From Centroscyllium fabricii (taxonomy: Eukaryota), in the NCBI GenBank assembly GCA_051313645.2, contig JBNRSN020000028.1, positions 65,038,001 through 65,102,000 on the forward strand: DNA of 64,000 nt, given 5' to 3'. The translations under genes and the position numbers were made by a program. Below the pieces are notes generated by a model that made no database searches, was not told where the DNA came from, and was given only the letters and a program-made list of their open reading frames with translations. Below are positions 23,965 through 35,509 of the stretch, piece by piece; the stretch's first letter is position 1; each line of letters begins with the position of its first letter.

Positions 23965-26900
23965 AACATAAGAAATAGGAGCAGGAGTAGGCCAATTGGC
24001 CCCTCAAGCCCACTCCGCCACTCAACAAGATCATGGCTGATCTGATCCTAATCTCAATTTTACTTTCACTCTCCATCCTGCCCAAACCCATGTGATCACC
24101 CGGGAGAGGCGAAAAACCAGATAAAAAACCCAGTGACCAATTTGGGAGAAAAAATCTGGGAAATTCCTCTCCAACCCATCTAGGCGATAGAAAACTGGTC
24201 CAGGTGATCACATGGCCGATCTGAACCTAGCCTTAGGTCCACTTACCTGCCCGCTCACCATAACCCCTAATACCCTTTACTTCCAGGAAAAACTGTCTAT
24301 CTCTGTTTTAAATTTATTCAATGTAGTAGCTTCCACAGCTCTCTGGGGCAGCAAATTCCACAGCCCCACCACCCTCTGAGTGAAGAAGTTTCTCCTTATC
24401 TCAGTTTTGAAATGGCAGTCCCTTATTTTAAGATTATGCCCCCGAGTCCTAGTTTCACCCACCATTGGGAACATCCTCACCGCATCCACCTGATCAAGCC
24501 CGATCTGGAATTCCTCACGGTAATGTGCAGACCCTTTTACCTGCCTCGGGAATTCACGGCCGTCATCTTCACTGCGGTCTACATCCCTCCCGGTGCTAAT
24601 GCCAAACTGGCACTAAAGGATCTCCACAGGGCCATCAGCGAGCAGCAGACCGCGCATCCGGAGGGAGCCTTTATCGTGGCGGGGGACTTCAACCACACTA
24701 ACCTCAAATCCGTACTCCTGAAATTCCAGCAGAATGTCTCCTGCCCCACGAGGGGCGAGAACACGCTGGACCAGGTTTACACCAACATTGCAGAGGCTTA
24801 CAAGGCCATCCCCTGCCCCCACCTCAGGAAGTCAGACCACCTTTCACTGTTCCTTGCCCCAGCATACAAACCACTCATCAAAAGGGTGACAGTTCCAGTC
24901 AAATCAGTTAGGGTATGGCCAGAAGGGGCAGTCTCAGAGCTACAAGACTGCTTCGAACGCACTGAATGGAGCATGTTTGCTCACACGGACATCGAGGAAT
25001 ACGCATCCACATTACTATTCTACATCAACAGCTGCGTTGAGGTGGCCACTACCCAAAAAAACATCAAGACATAACCCAACCAGAAACCCTGGATGAACAG
25101 GGAGGTCCGCTCGCTGCTGAAAGCATGCGACGCAGCTTTCAGATCTGGTGACATGGTGGCTTACAGCACAGCCAGGGCCAACCTAAAGAGGGGAATCAGG
25201 TCTGCCAAACGCAATCAGGCACTGAAGATAGAGGAACACTTCTACAACAACTCGGAACCTCGGCATATGTGGCAAGGCATCCAGTCTATCACGGACTACA
25301 AGTGCAAGAACACCAGCTCCCTGACCAGCGATGCCTCCCTACCGGAGGAACTCAACAACTTCTACGCTTGCTTCGACAGGGACAACAGGGAGCCAGCCAC
25401 CAAAGTCTTGCCATCTCCAGATGACCAGTTACTAATACTGTCCTCCTCCGACATAAGAGGTGTGTTACATGGAGTGAACGCACAGAAGGCCGCGGGTCCT
25501 GACGGCATCCCTGGCCAGGCACTCAAAGACTGTGCTGACCAATTGGCTGAGGTCTTCACCGACATTTTCAACCTGTCACTAGCTAAGGCAGCTCTCCCTA
25601 CCTGCTTCAAGACCGCCACCATCATCCCTGTGCCCAAGAAAACAGCTGTGACGTGCCTGAACGACTACCGCCCTGTCGCACTCACACCCATAATCATGAA
25701 GTGTTTTGAGCGGCTGGTCCTGGCCCACATCAAAGCCAGCATCCCCACCGCCCTCGACCAATAGCAGTTCACATATCGAGGAAACAGATCAATGGAAGAT
25801 ACAATCATAACGGCTCTTCACTCTGCACTAAACCACCTGGATAGCAAAGAGACCTATATCAGAATGCTGTTTATAGACTACAGCTCAGCATTCAACACTA
25901 TCGTCCCCAGCAAGCTGTCTACCAAACTCCTCACCCTTGGCCTGAACACCTCCCTCTGCAACTGGATCCTGGGCTTCCTAACCAACAGACCACAGTCTGT
26001 GAAGTTAGGCAACCTCACCTCCCCCCGCCTTACCCGGAACACGGGGGCCCCACAAGGCTGTCTGCTGAGCCCCCTCCTCTACTCCCTCGTTATCCACAAC
26101 TGTGTGGCTGTTCACGGCTCCACCAAGATCATCAAGTTTGTGGACGACACCACGGTGGTTGGCCAGATCACCAACAATGATGAGTAAGCCTACAGGGATG
26201 AGATTCAGTGCCTTGTGGGATGGTGTGCCGACAACAACCTGGCACTAAACACCAAGAAAACCAAGGAGATCATAGTGGACTTCCGGAAGACTAAAGGCAG
26301 AAGACACACCCCAATCTTCATCCAAGGGGCTGAGGTGGAAAGGGTGTCCAGCTTCAAGTTCCTCGGGGTCCACATCTCAGAAGACCTCTTCTGGTCACTA
26401 AACACCTCCTCGCTGATAAAGAAGGCCCAACAGCGCCTATACTTCCTAAGGAAGCTGAAAAAGACCAAGCTGACAGCCGGCATCCTCACCAACTTCTACC
26501 GCTGCACAATTGAGAGCATACTGACAAACTGCATCACAGTCTGGTATGGAAACTGTACCATCTCACACCGGAAGGCCCTGCAGCGGGTAGTCAAAACTGC
26601 CCAACGAATCACCGGCACCCAGCTACCATCAATTGAAAGCACCTACCTGAAACGCTGCCTACGGAGGTCTCAGAACATTATTAAAGACCCCACACACCCC
26701 AGCCATAGTCTATTCACCCCCCTGCCCTCTGGGAGACGCTACAGATCAATTTGCACCCGCACGACCAGATTCAAGAACAGCTTCTTCCCCAGGGCTGTCA
26801 GTCTCCTGAACTCTAACAAAAAACTCCATTATCTGCACACCTGAAATGTACTTTATTGTATGCAACCCATGTAACTTATTTGCGCTACTCTCAGGAGCGG

Positions 26901-27110
26901 CGAGTCTATGTTTCGTTGTATTGTACTAGTACACTGCAATGACAATAAAATTGAATTGAATTGAATTGAATTTTAGCCCTTTCACAATCTTATATGTTTC
27001 AATACGATCGCCTCTCATTCTTCTGAACTCCAATGAGTAGAGGCCCAATCTACTCAACCTCTCATCATATGTCAGCCCCCTCATCCCCGGAATTAACCTA
27101 GTGAACCTTT
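23965..27110 (-). mobile_element. 5'-truncated CR1 LINE fragment, split by a Rex1/Babar insertion
   Basis: Minus-strand C-terminal peptides QRFTRLIPGMRGLTYDERL and RRNFFTQRVV. CR1 tail gaacataagaaataggagcaggagtaggcc on the plus strand. Confidence 0.85.
24502..26974 (+). mobile_element. 5'-truncated Rex1/Babar-type non-LTR retrotransposon (EN-RT pseudogene)
   Basis: CRPFYLPREF..VYIPP, AGDFN, NDYRPVALT, PQG, KFVDD (YADD-like) and FLGVHI. (TTGAA)n tail. AGCCC TSD. Confidence 0.85.
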
Positions 27111-27119
27111 GGGACAATC

Positions 27120-27568
27120 CCCCACTTATCTGAGACTTAGACGAGGTGGGACCTTTGGGCAGAGGCCCTCAGCCTGCAGCAGAGGTGGGATGTGTGGGCA
27201 AGGACCCCCAGCCTGCAGCATCAGGCTACGTAGAGGTTCCTGTCCCTAGCACACGTTTAGGAGTGGTAATGCTTGAGGATAAAAATCCCCAGCCAGCAGT
27301 AGTGCAAAGTTTACAGACTGCACAGGAGGGGGCAGTGGTTCGTGTTAAACCCCCACCAACCAAAGTCCCTAGAAGGTCCCCACGAACGCCACGGCCAAAG
27401 AAACCATGGTCACTGGCTCCCCAGCTTAAAAGGGCAGCCTCTCAAGTCAGGAATCAATCTGAGGACAGAGGTCCCCAGCCAGCAGCCACAAGCTGCAAGG
27501 GACCAAAAGTACAGGACAGGGCAGCCTCACCGAAGGGAGTTGTGTGCTGCAACCCGAACGGGGATTAG
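27120..27568 (+). other. ERV-B post-integrase repetitive extension (xxxPQPAA repeats)
   Basis: Repeats GRGPQPAA, GKDPQPAA, EDKNPQPAV and EDRGPQPAA. A similar unit (EDRSPQSAA) lies before the CR1 insertion at about 23865. Confidence 0.6.
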
Positions 27569-27809
27569 CCTGGCCACTCGGAGACGGGCAGCAAATGCAC
27601 ATAGCTTCTGTTATTTAATTTTGGGATCGTTAAGTTTGGGTGTTTTAGTTTAATTTTAAACAAGGTGATTGGTAGTTTAAGTATTATTGTTTCAAGAGTG
27701 TTTGTATTGAGTCGAGGTCGCAAGACCCGACTATGCTTTACCCCAGCCAGCGAATCTTCTCGGGACCTGGCTATATGCTCTTACGTCTCCTTACAGAAGG
27801 GATTCCAAA

Positions 27810-28731
27810 ATGAAGGGGGACATGCTCCTATTTGCCCTGATAGGAAGGAACACTGGGAGGTGAGGAGACGTGGAGGACTCCCACATTTATGGGTGCTCAG
27901 GAGAAAGAGCATCGGTTATGACTGCTGGGGGAGGCGAACGAGGCATGGAGGAGCTCGCTATCTATTCCCATGAGGGAAGATGGCCAGGATGGCTGGGATC
28001 TAACTCCACCCGGTACTCCAGCCAGACCGGGTTCACCTACGGGGAAGTCTCCCTCCCCTACCCCAGCATACGGATTGTGGCCACACGGATTGGGGTCACT
28101 GAGGGGAATTGCGTGTGCCTGACCTGCAGAGGACAGATTCCCCTGGGAAGGATGTGGTGGCTCAGGAAACTGAACAGAGACACGGAGGACCGTACAGCTG
28201 ATTGGGAATGACTGGGGAACGACACCTACTGGACGATCACAGGGACCCAAGGGGGAGTTAGTGTATGCTGGGATAAGTGGTGGGAGTCAGAACAGGGAAT
28301 TTATGTCTGCATGTGGGGTCTCAGAGGGTCTGCCCCACGGGCATATCCATCATATTTTCCGCAGCATGGCAGGATAAGGGGAAGGGGGTGGAATGGGATT
28401 CCCACCTATACACTTGCATAGTCCCACACTCACCAGCCCCAGTTAAAATCACTGTGGCATGCGCCCAAAAACCCCTGACCACGACCCAGACAGCAAGGAC
28501 ATACATAGAGAGGTGCCCTGCCACCACCAAGGGACTAGGATGGACTGGTGCTAGTGCCGACCGAAAAGGTGCTATACCGGGGGTACACTATGCGGTAGCT
28601 TCCGTGATTCTAAAAAACCTTACAGAGGTACACTTACCTGAGTGGTGCCCCAAGGAGACAGAACAGCTATACCAGGCCCTGTTAAGAGAAATGTTTAGGA
28701 AATGCTACGAGACAAAACAGAACTGTACATT
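27810..28731 (+). pseudogene. env: ERV-B env segment 1: signal peptide, putative Ig-like domain, start of F2-like region
   Basis: Starts MKGDMLLFALIG after acceptor ctccttacag. Contains HEGRWPGWLG, GVTEGNCVCLTC...WW...EQGIYVC and VHYAVASVILKNLTEVHLP. Collinear with ERV-A env. Confidence 0.8.
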
Positions 28732-31700
28732 GGTGCCTCCCTGGTGCCAGGGTCCGGGATGTCACGGATCGGCTGCAGGACATCTTGAGGGGGGAGGGGA
28801 ACCAGGTAGAAGTTGTGGTCCACATTGGCACCAACGACATAGGAAAAAAAGGGGACGAGGTCCTGCAAAGAGAATTTAGGGAGCTGGGTAAAAAGCTAAA
28901 AAGCAGGACCCCAAAGGTTGTAATCTCTGGATTACTCCCAGTGCCACGAGCTAGTGAGTATAGGAACCGTAAGATAGAGCAGCTTAATTCGTGGCTAAAA
29001 AGTTGGTGTAGGAAGGAGGGTTTCAGCTTTTTGGACAATTGGTCTTGCTTCTGGGGTAAGTGGAACCTGTACATGCCGGACGGGTTGCACCTGAACCGGA
29101 ATGGGACCAATATCCTTGCGGGAAGGTTTGATAGTCGGGTTGGGGTGGGTTTAAACTAAATTGGCAGGGGGAGGGGACCCAGAGTGAAGGCATAAAGGGT
29201 AGGGGAATACAACCTAATAAAGGAAAGCAGACTAGACAGCAAAACAAGGTAGTATTAGGTCAGAGAATGAAAGGTATATATTTTAACGCAAGGAGTCTGA
29301 CTAACAAGGTGGATGAGTTAAAGGTATTGGTTGACACATGGGAATATGATATAGTAGCTATCACGGAGACGTGGCTGAAGGAGGGGCAGGAATGGCAGCT
29401 AAATATTCCGGGGTATAGAATTTTCAGGCGGGACAGAGACGAGGGAAAAAGGGGAGGGGGGTAGCGATACTGATTAAGGATTCAATCACAGCCATCAGGC
29501 GGGTCGACCTAATGGATGATTCCTCAAACGAGGCACTATGGGTGGAGGTAAAAAATAAAAAGGGGGGTGCACCTTACTGGGAGTATATTATAGACCACCA
29601 AACAGTAAAGGGGAGATGGAGGGTAAGATATGTGAGCAAATCACGAAGATAAGCGAAAATAACAAAGTAATAATATTAGGGGACTTTAATTTCCCCAACA
29701 TCAACTGGGATTGTCAGAGTGTGAGGGGCACGGAAGGTTCAGCATTCTTAAAATGCAGCCAAGAGAGTTTTTTGAAGCAATATGTTGGGTCACCTACAAG
29801 GGGGGGGGCGGTACTAGACCTAATACTTGGGAACGAAGACGGGCAGATAGAGGAGGTAACAGTGGGGGAGCACTTCGGGGATAGCGACCACAATTCAGTT
29901 AGTTTCAAGATTGTAATAGAGAAGGATAAAAATGGACCAGGGGTAAAAGTACTAAACTGGGGGAAGGCGGATTTCATTAAAATTAGGCGCGATGTAGCCG
30001 CAGTAGACTGGGGCCATCTTCTCAGAGGAAGATCTGCATCAGAGCAGTGGGAGGCCTTCAAAGGGAAGGTCGGGAAGATACAGGAGGAACATGTTCCTGC
30101 AAAAATCAAGGGCGGGGGAGGTAAACAAAGGGAACCTTGGATGTCTAGGGATATATGTAAATTAATGAAGAAAAAAAGGGGGGCCTTCAATGAATATAAA
30201 CGGCTAAAAACTGAGGAGGCGCTAGGGGAGTATAAGAAGTATAGGGGGGAATTAAAGAAGGAGATAAGAAAAGCCAAGAGGGGTCATGAGATTGCAATGG
30301 CCGGCAAAATCAAGGATAAACCTAAGGCATTTTACAGTTATATAAAAAACAAAAGGATCACGAGGGAAAGAGTGGGGCCCATTAAGGACGATAGCGGAAA
30401 GCTGTGCGTCGAGCCCGAGGCGGTGGGGGAGGTACTAAACGAATTTTTCTCTTCAGTATTCACAAGAGAGAGGGACGGAACCAACATCGTAATCGGACAG
30501 AGTGTAGGGGGGGTAATTGAGGATATTACCATTACAAGGGAAGAAGTACTAGAAATCTTGGGAAGCTTAAAGGTAGACAAATCACCAGGGCTGGACGCGA
30601 TGTTCCCCAGGCTGCTGTTCGAGGCCAGGGAAGAGCTTGCGGGCCCCCTGTCTCAAATTTTCAGGTCCTCTCTCGCGTCAGGGGAGGTACCCGAGGACTG
30701 GAGAACGGCTAATGTAGTACCCCTGTTTAAAAAGGGTAGTAGGGACAAACCGGGTAACTATAGGCCAATCAGTCTTACATCTGTAGTGGGGAAAGTAATG
30801 GAAAAAATTCTGAGGGACAAAATCAGTCTGCATTTGGAAAGGCAGGGTCTGATAAGAGATAGTCAACATGGCTTCGTCAAAGGTAAGTCGTGCCTAACTA
30901 ATCTCTTGGAATTCTTCGAAGAGGTAACAAAAAGGGTGGATGAAGGGAGTACGGTCGACGTGGTGTATATGGACTTCAGCAAGGCTTTTGATAAAGTCCC
31001 ACATAGGAGACTGATAACAAAGGTAAAAGCACATGGGATACAGGGCAACGTGGCACAGTGGATTCAAAATTGGCTGGGGGACAGGAGACAAAGGGTAATG
31101 GTAGAGGGCTGCTTCTGTGACTGGAAACCAGTAACCAGCGGTGTCCCCCAAGGATCGGTTTTGGGACCCTTACTGTTTCTAGTATACATTAATGATTTGG
31201 ACACAGGAGTAGGGGGTACGATCAGCAAATTTGCTGATGATACGAAAATTGGAAGGGTGGTAAATAACGATGAAGATAGTAAAAGGCTCCAGGAAGATAT
31301 AAATGTAATGGTTAGTTGGGCAGAAAAATGGCAAATGGAGTTCAACCCAGAGAAATGCGAGGTCATACAATTCGGCAGACCAAATGGGGTAAGGGAATAT
31401 ACCATGAACAAAAAAACGTTAGGTAGGACCGAGGAACAGAGGGACCTGGGGGTACAGGTGCACAGCTCCCTGAAGGTTGCTGGACACGTAAACAAGGTGG
31501 TTAAGAAGGCATACGGAATTCTGGCCTTTATTAACCAGGGCATAGTGTACAAAAGTAGGGAGGTAATGTTAAACTTGTATAACACGCTGGTGAGACCTCA
31601 GCTGGAGTACTGTGTGCAGTTCTGGTCACCGCACTTCAGGAAGGATGTGGTTGCCCTGGAGAGGGTGCAGAGAAGGTTTACCAGGATGATACCTGGTCTG

Positions 31701-32162
31701 GGGGACTTATGCTACGAGGAAAGGCTGGACAGGCTGGGGTTGTTTGCCTTGGAGAAGAGAAGATTGAGGGGTGACATGATCGAGGTATACAGGATCATGA
31801 GAGGACACGATAAGGTGGATAAAGGGGCATTGTTTCCCTTGGTGGGAGAGTCAAGTACCAGGGGACATAGATTCAAGATTAGGGGGGGGAGGTTTAGGGG
31901 GGAGGTAAGGAGAAATTTCTTTACTCAGAGGGTGGTGGAAGTGTGGAACTCCCTGCCTGTAAGGGTGGTGGAGGCAGAAACCATCGCAACATTTAAAAAA
32001 TATTTGGACCAGCACATGAAGGACCGTAACATACAGGGTTATGGGCCAGATGCGGGCAAATGGGGTTAGTATAGTGAGGAGTTTCCTGGGCCAGTGCGGA
32101 CTGGATGGGCCGAATGGCCTTTATCCGCACTGTAAAGTTTCTATGATTCTATGATTCTATGA
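28732..32162 (+). mobile_element. CR1 LINE: ORF1 esterase part plus ORF2
   Basis: ORF1 SGNH motifs VHIGTND and DGLHLN. ORF2 EN motifs YFNARS, ITETW and GDFN, RT motif FADD. (ATTCTATG)n tail. Confidence 0.95.
29267..32069 (+). pseudogene. CR1 ORF2 (APE endonuclease-RT), frameshifted in EN, with an 817-aa open RT portion
   Basis: ORFs 29267-29464 and 29616-32069. Confidence 0.9.
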
Positions 32163-32690
32163 TTGCACACACTGAATACTTCAGCAATGCAGGGAGACAA
32201 AGAAGGGCAACCTGGAATGATGTTTTCACTGCATATAATACAGGATCTTTTGTTATAAACAGCCTAGTTGACATAGAATTGCAGACACAGATAAATGGTT
32301 TAAAAACACAATTACGAAAAATCTTAATGGAGGAAAATACAGTAGTAGGCTCACATGAGGACCAAGCTATGATGGTCCATTTAAAAGAGATTATTGCTGA
32401 GCTGGAGAGGCATGCAAAGGCAGCAAATGCACTCATTTGGGAAGACAGGAATGCTTCAGACCAGGCTGCACAGAACGAGGTGTGCGTACTCTACGGGGCA
32501 TGGTTGCTAGGCGAGGGCCAGAGTAACCTGGAGGATTTAAAGCAAGGTTTAGTCCCCTCCTGGATCAGCAACAAGCACCTTGCAGCCCTCTACCCATTTG
32601 AGAATTCATTAAGCCCATGTCAGCTCCACCTAGCCTCTAAGGCTTACCCTGTCCCAGTAGATTGTGGGCGCTCCAATCACACTGTCATGG
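32163..32690 (+). pseudogene. env: ERV-B env segment 2: furin site and F1-like N-terminus
   Basis: GRQRRATWNDVFTAYNTGSFVINSLVDIELQTQINGLKTQL...NEVCVLYGAWLLGEG...VPSWISNKHL. Confidence 0.85.
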
Positions 32691-33237
32691 CCTCCAACAT
32701 GCTGAAGGTCTAACTTTCTCCCTAGGGTGCCCAAGATTAGTGGCCACAAAACTTACCTTCCAGCTGCTTCCAGTGCTTCACAGATTACGCGCTACATAGC
32801 TGTCAAGAGCCTGCCAATGAAGCAATGCACCTGTCAATCATTGAGTTTCTGTTAGTTTCTGTTGACAGTGGATTCTGACATCAGAATTCACTGAAACCAC
32901 AAACAAACAGAACAGACTAGTTAGAGCTGTCAATTATCGAGTTGCGGTTACAATCTGTTGACAGTGGATTATGATGTCACAATGCCCTGAAGCCACAGAA
33001 AGAAAAACACCAGACCACTTAGAGCTGCCAATCATCAGCTCTGCTGCTTACACAGTGGGAAGGCCGCTGGCTTCCTAAGTAAAATCAATCAATTGGCAGG
33101 GGCTTCCCACACTTGGAGATTTAATTGGCCAATTGAGCCAAAATTGTGTGGGGCTTCCACACCCTTTACAAAGTGGAAAGATAAAGTGATCAGCAGGGAA
33201 CCCACCCATTTCTCACATCCTGAGGAAAATTGACCCC
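32691..33237. mobile_element. Right-hand remnant of a Harbinger-type MITE with internal repeats; left end and adjacent env deleted
   Basis: Ends ggaaaattgacccc followed by ATT. Internal agagctgtcaat...tctgttgacagtggatt repeats. Confidence 0.6.
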
Positions 33238-33720
33238 ATTGTGTCACCACAAGTGCGCCCCACTGCCAGCTTGGCCAGCCTAACTGGTGTCTGGTAAGTG
33301 ACAGCAGTTCAAGTGGCCCAGGAATGGAGAGTCACAATTCCTGAACTGTAACAGAAAAGTTTACCAACCTGCAAAAATATGTAGCACATTTCGGCCATGA
33401 AATATCTCCTCTACTGGAACATCTTACCAAGTTACTCAAAGCTGTAGAGATATCACAAAAGCATTTCTGCACTTTAGAACAGAAAACAAGATAGAGGGAG
33501 AGATTCAATATATCACAGTCCTACCCTGATAGGACATTTTTGAAAACATAGATGTCCCTTCATGGGTTAGAATGGCTTCCAAAATCCTCGTGGTTTGCCA
33601 GCTGGGAATATTATTGTACCTGTTGTGCATTCAGTACAAGAGAAAAGGCAAAGCACTAGAATGCCAAAACAAAAGGATTTGGAAGAAACATTATGTTAAG
33701 GTGGAGAGATATACCTGTTT
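33238..33720 (+). pseudogene. env: ERV-B env segment 3: C-terminal ectodomain, transmembrane helix, basic tail
   Basis: CVTT..., EHLTKLLKAVEISQKHF and VPSWVRMASKILVVCQLGILLYLLCIQYKRK. Confidence 0.75.
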
Positions 33721-34027
33721 AAATCTTTTTATTTTCGTGTTTCTGAATAAGGATTGTTGTTTTTTTACTAAAGACTTTGATGTGTTTTTTGTAATAAAGA
33801 TATATGTGTACCAAGTGGTGCAGGGGTTTTGGAACCCCCTCCATGCTTGGATGTGTGTAAATAACTTTTTTGCTTATGTACGCTGCATTTTTAAAGAATG
33901 GGGAATGTATGTGTCATGGGATTTTAGACAGGTAATTACAGGGAACATTGGCTATGGAGGGTCAGGAATTGTGCTCACCTTTGAAAGTATGCTATTTGAA
34001 GCGAGTTTCAGTATCACAGTGGGGTAA

Positions 34028-35505
34028 TGTAGGATTCTCAAAATTCCCACATTTCCCAAGTTATTGATAAAGGGAACCCTGAAGGGAATGGCTTTTGGAC
34101 TTTATGGAATACCTGCAAGGTTAAAGTAGGGCCCTGCAGACATGATGTCAAGTTCAAAAGCTTAAAACTTGGCATCCCTGGGCCTGTAGGACGCAGCTTT
34201 AGAAACTAGGATGAAATGGAATATGCATTCTTCCCTTTTAACAAATCAACTGAGGAAAATACTTAATCTTGCACAAACCTAAAGCCCATCAAAACTATGC
34301 ATAAATAATCGCTTACAGTTCGAACTAGCTACCAAGCCAGGAAGACACCAATTAACATTATGCATAACAAGCACCCAAGACATTAAAGCCATTTAGCAAT
34401 GAGACAACTGCCCCAAAACCAATTAAGGTGAATGGCTATAATCACCTTAACGAGTTCGCCAAAAATCGGACAAAGAACTAACCCTGATTTGGTGCACAGA
34501 TAAAGAACTCAAAAACCCATAACCAAGGAAGTATTTTCAAGATAAAGCAATTGGGAAGCATGCTAGCTATTGACACGACACCAGAAGGAACCGAGTGAAG
34601 CCAACAGGAAGGCTCACGCAACATTACGGTGAGAGGGCACGGTGGGGCAGGCTCGACCGAAGACAACAAGTTCACAACTGCAGCTCTACATGAGGACTGA
34701 CCACAAGCACCACGCTAACAAAGGGCCGTAAAAACAATACCTTCAGATCATTACCACTACACAGGTAATGATCTCGGCCACCACGACCATGCTGAAACCG
34801 AAGACCACCAAACGAAAACCAACTGCAACAAAACTCAACAACCAGACCACCACCGGAAGAACAAAACCTAAAGTGTTCCACTCTACAAGCTAAAGTACCC
34901 AACAAAGACTTTATTCTCCCTATTTCTAATTGAGAAAAGTGGGTACTCACCAGGCAAATCCACAACCGCACCCAACTGCATCAGCGGACTCCGCCGAACT
35001 GAAGAACCTTTGCAGATTCTAAGACTAGTACCACGTGGAGACAGCAGGCCCCAAAGGACACAAAGAGTGAACCCCCAAAACTCAACCGGCTTAACTGATA
35101 TGATTTGAACTGTCAAGAAACCCTTGTTGGTGAGCATGATCCCTGGCCCTTTTAGTACAATTTAGTTAGATATTGGGGGTGGGACAGGGTAGAACATAAT
35201 AAGAACATAAGAAATAGGGGCATTATTAATGTAATTTTTTTCCCTCGTTGTACCGTGTATTCCCCATTCCTCATTAAGTGTACTCTTGAATGTCTGTAAC
35301 TATTGAGTAATCTAAGTGTAATTTTTCAATGTTACAATTTTATTGTGACTCTAATAAAACACAGTTGTCTTGCACCGAATCAGTTGTCCACTCCAATTTT
35401 GTATTGCAGCCTATACCTAAGTCCAGAGTCTAGAACCTAAGGGGTGTGGGAGCAATTCGAACTGCTTAGACAGAGGCAAAGCTGACCCACAGGCCACCCC
35501 CTACA
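34028..35505 (+). repeat. ERV-B 3' LTR
   Basis: Direct repeat of 11910-13389. Confidence 0.95.
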
Positions 35506-35509
35506 CAAT

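Larger units (their letters stand above)
11910..35505 (+). mobile_element. ERV-B: LTR-to-LTR lokiretrovirus-like provirus inserted into ERV-A env
   Basis: LTRs at 11910-13389 and 34028-35505 (TGTAGG...CCTACA). TSD CAAT at 11906-11909 and 35506-35509. PBS, gag, pol and env in order. Confidence 0.9.

Noticed and set aside
33572-34027. 151-aa ORF as an accessory gene
   Set aside because: Its N-terminus is the env TM and tail. The remainder looks like 3' UTR read-through not conserved in ERV-A.
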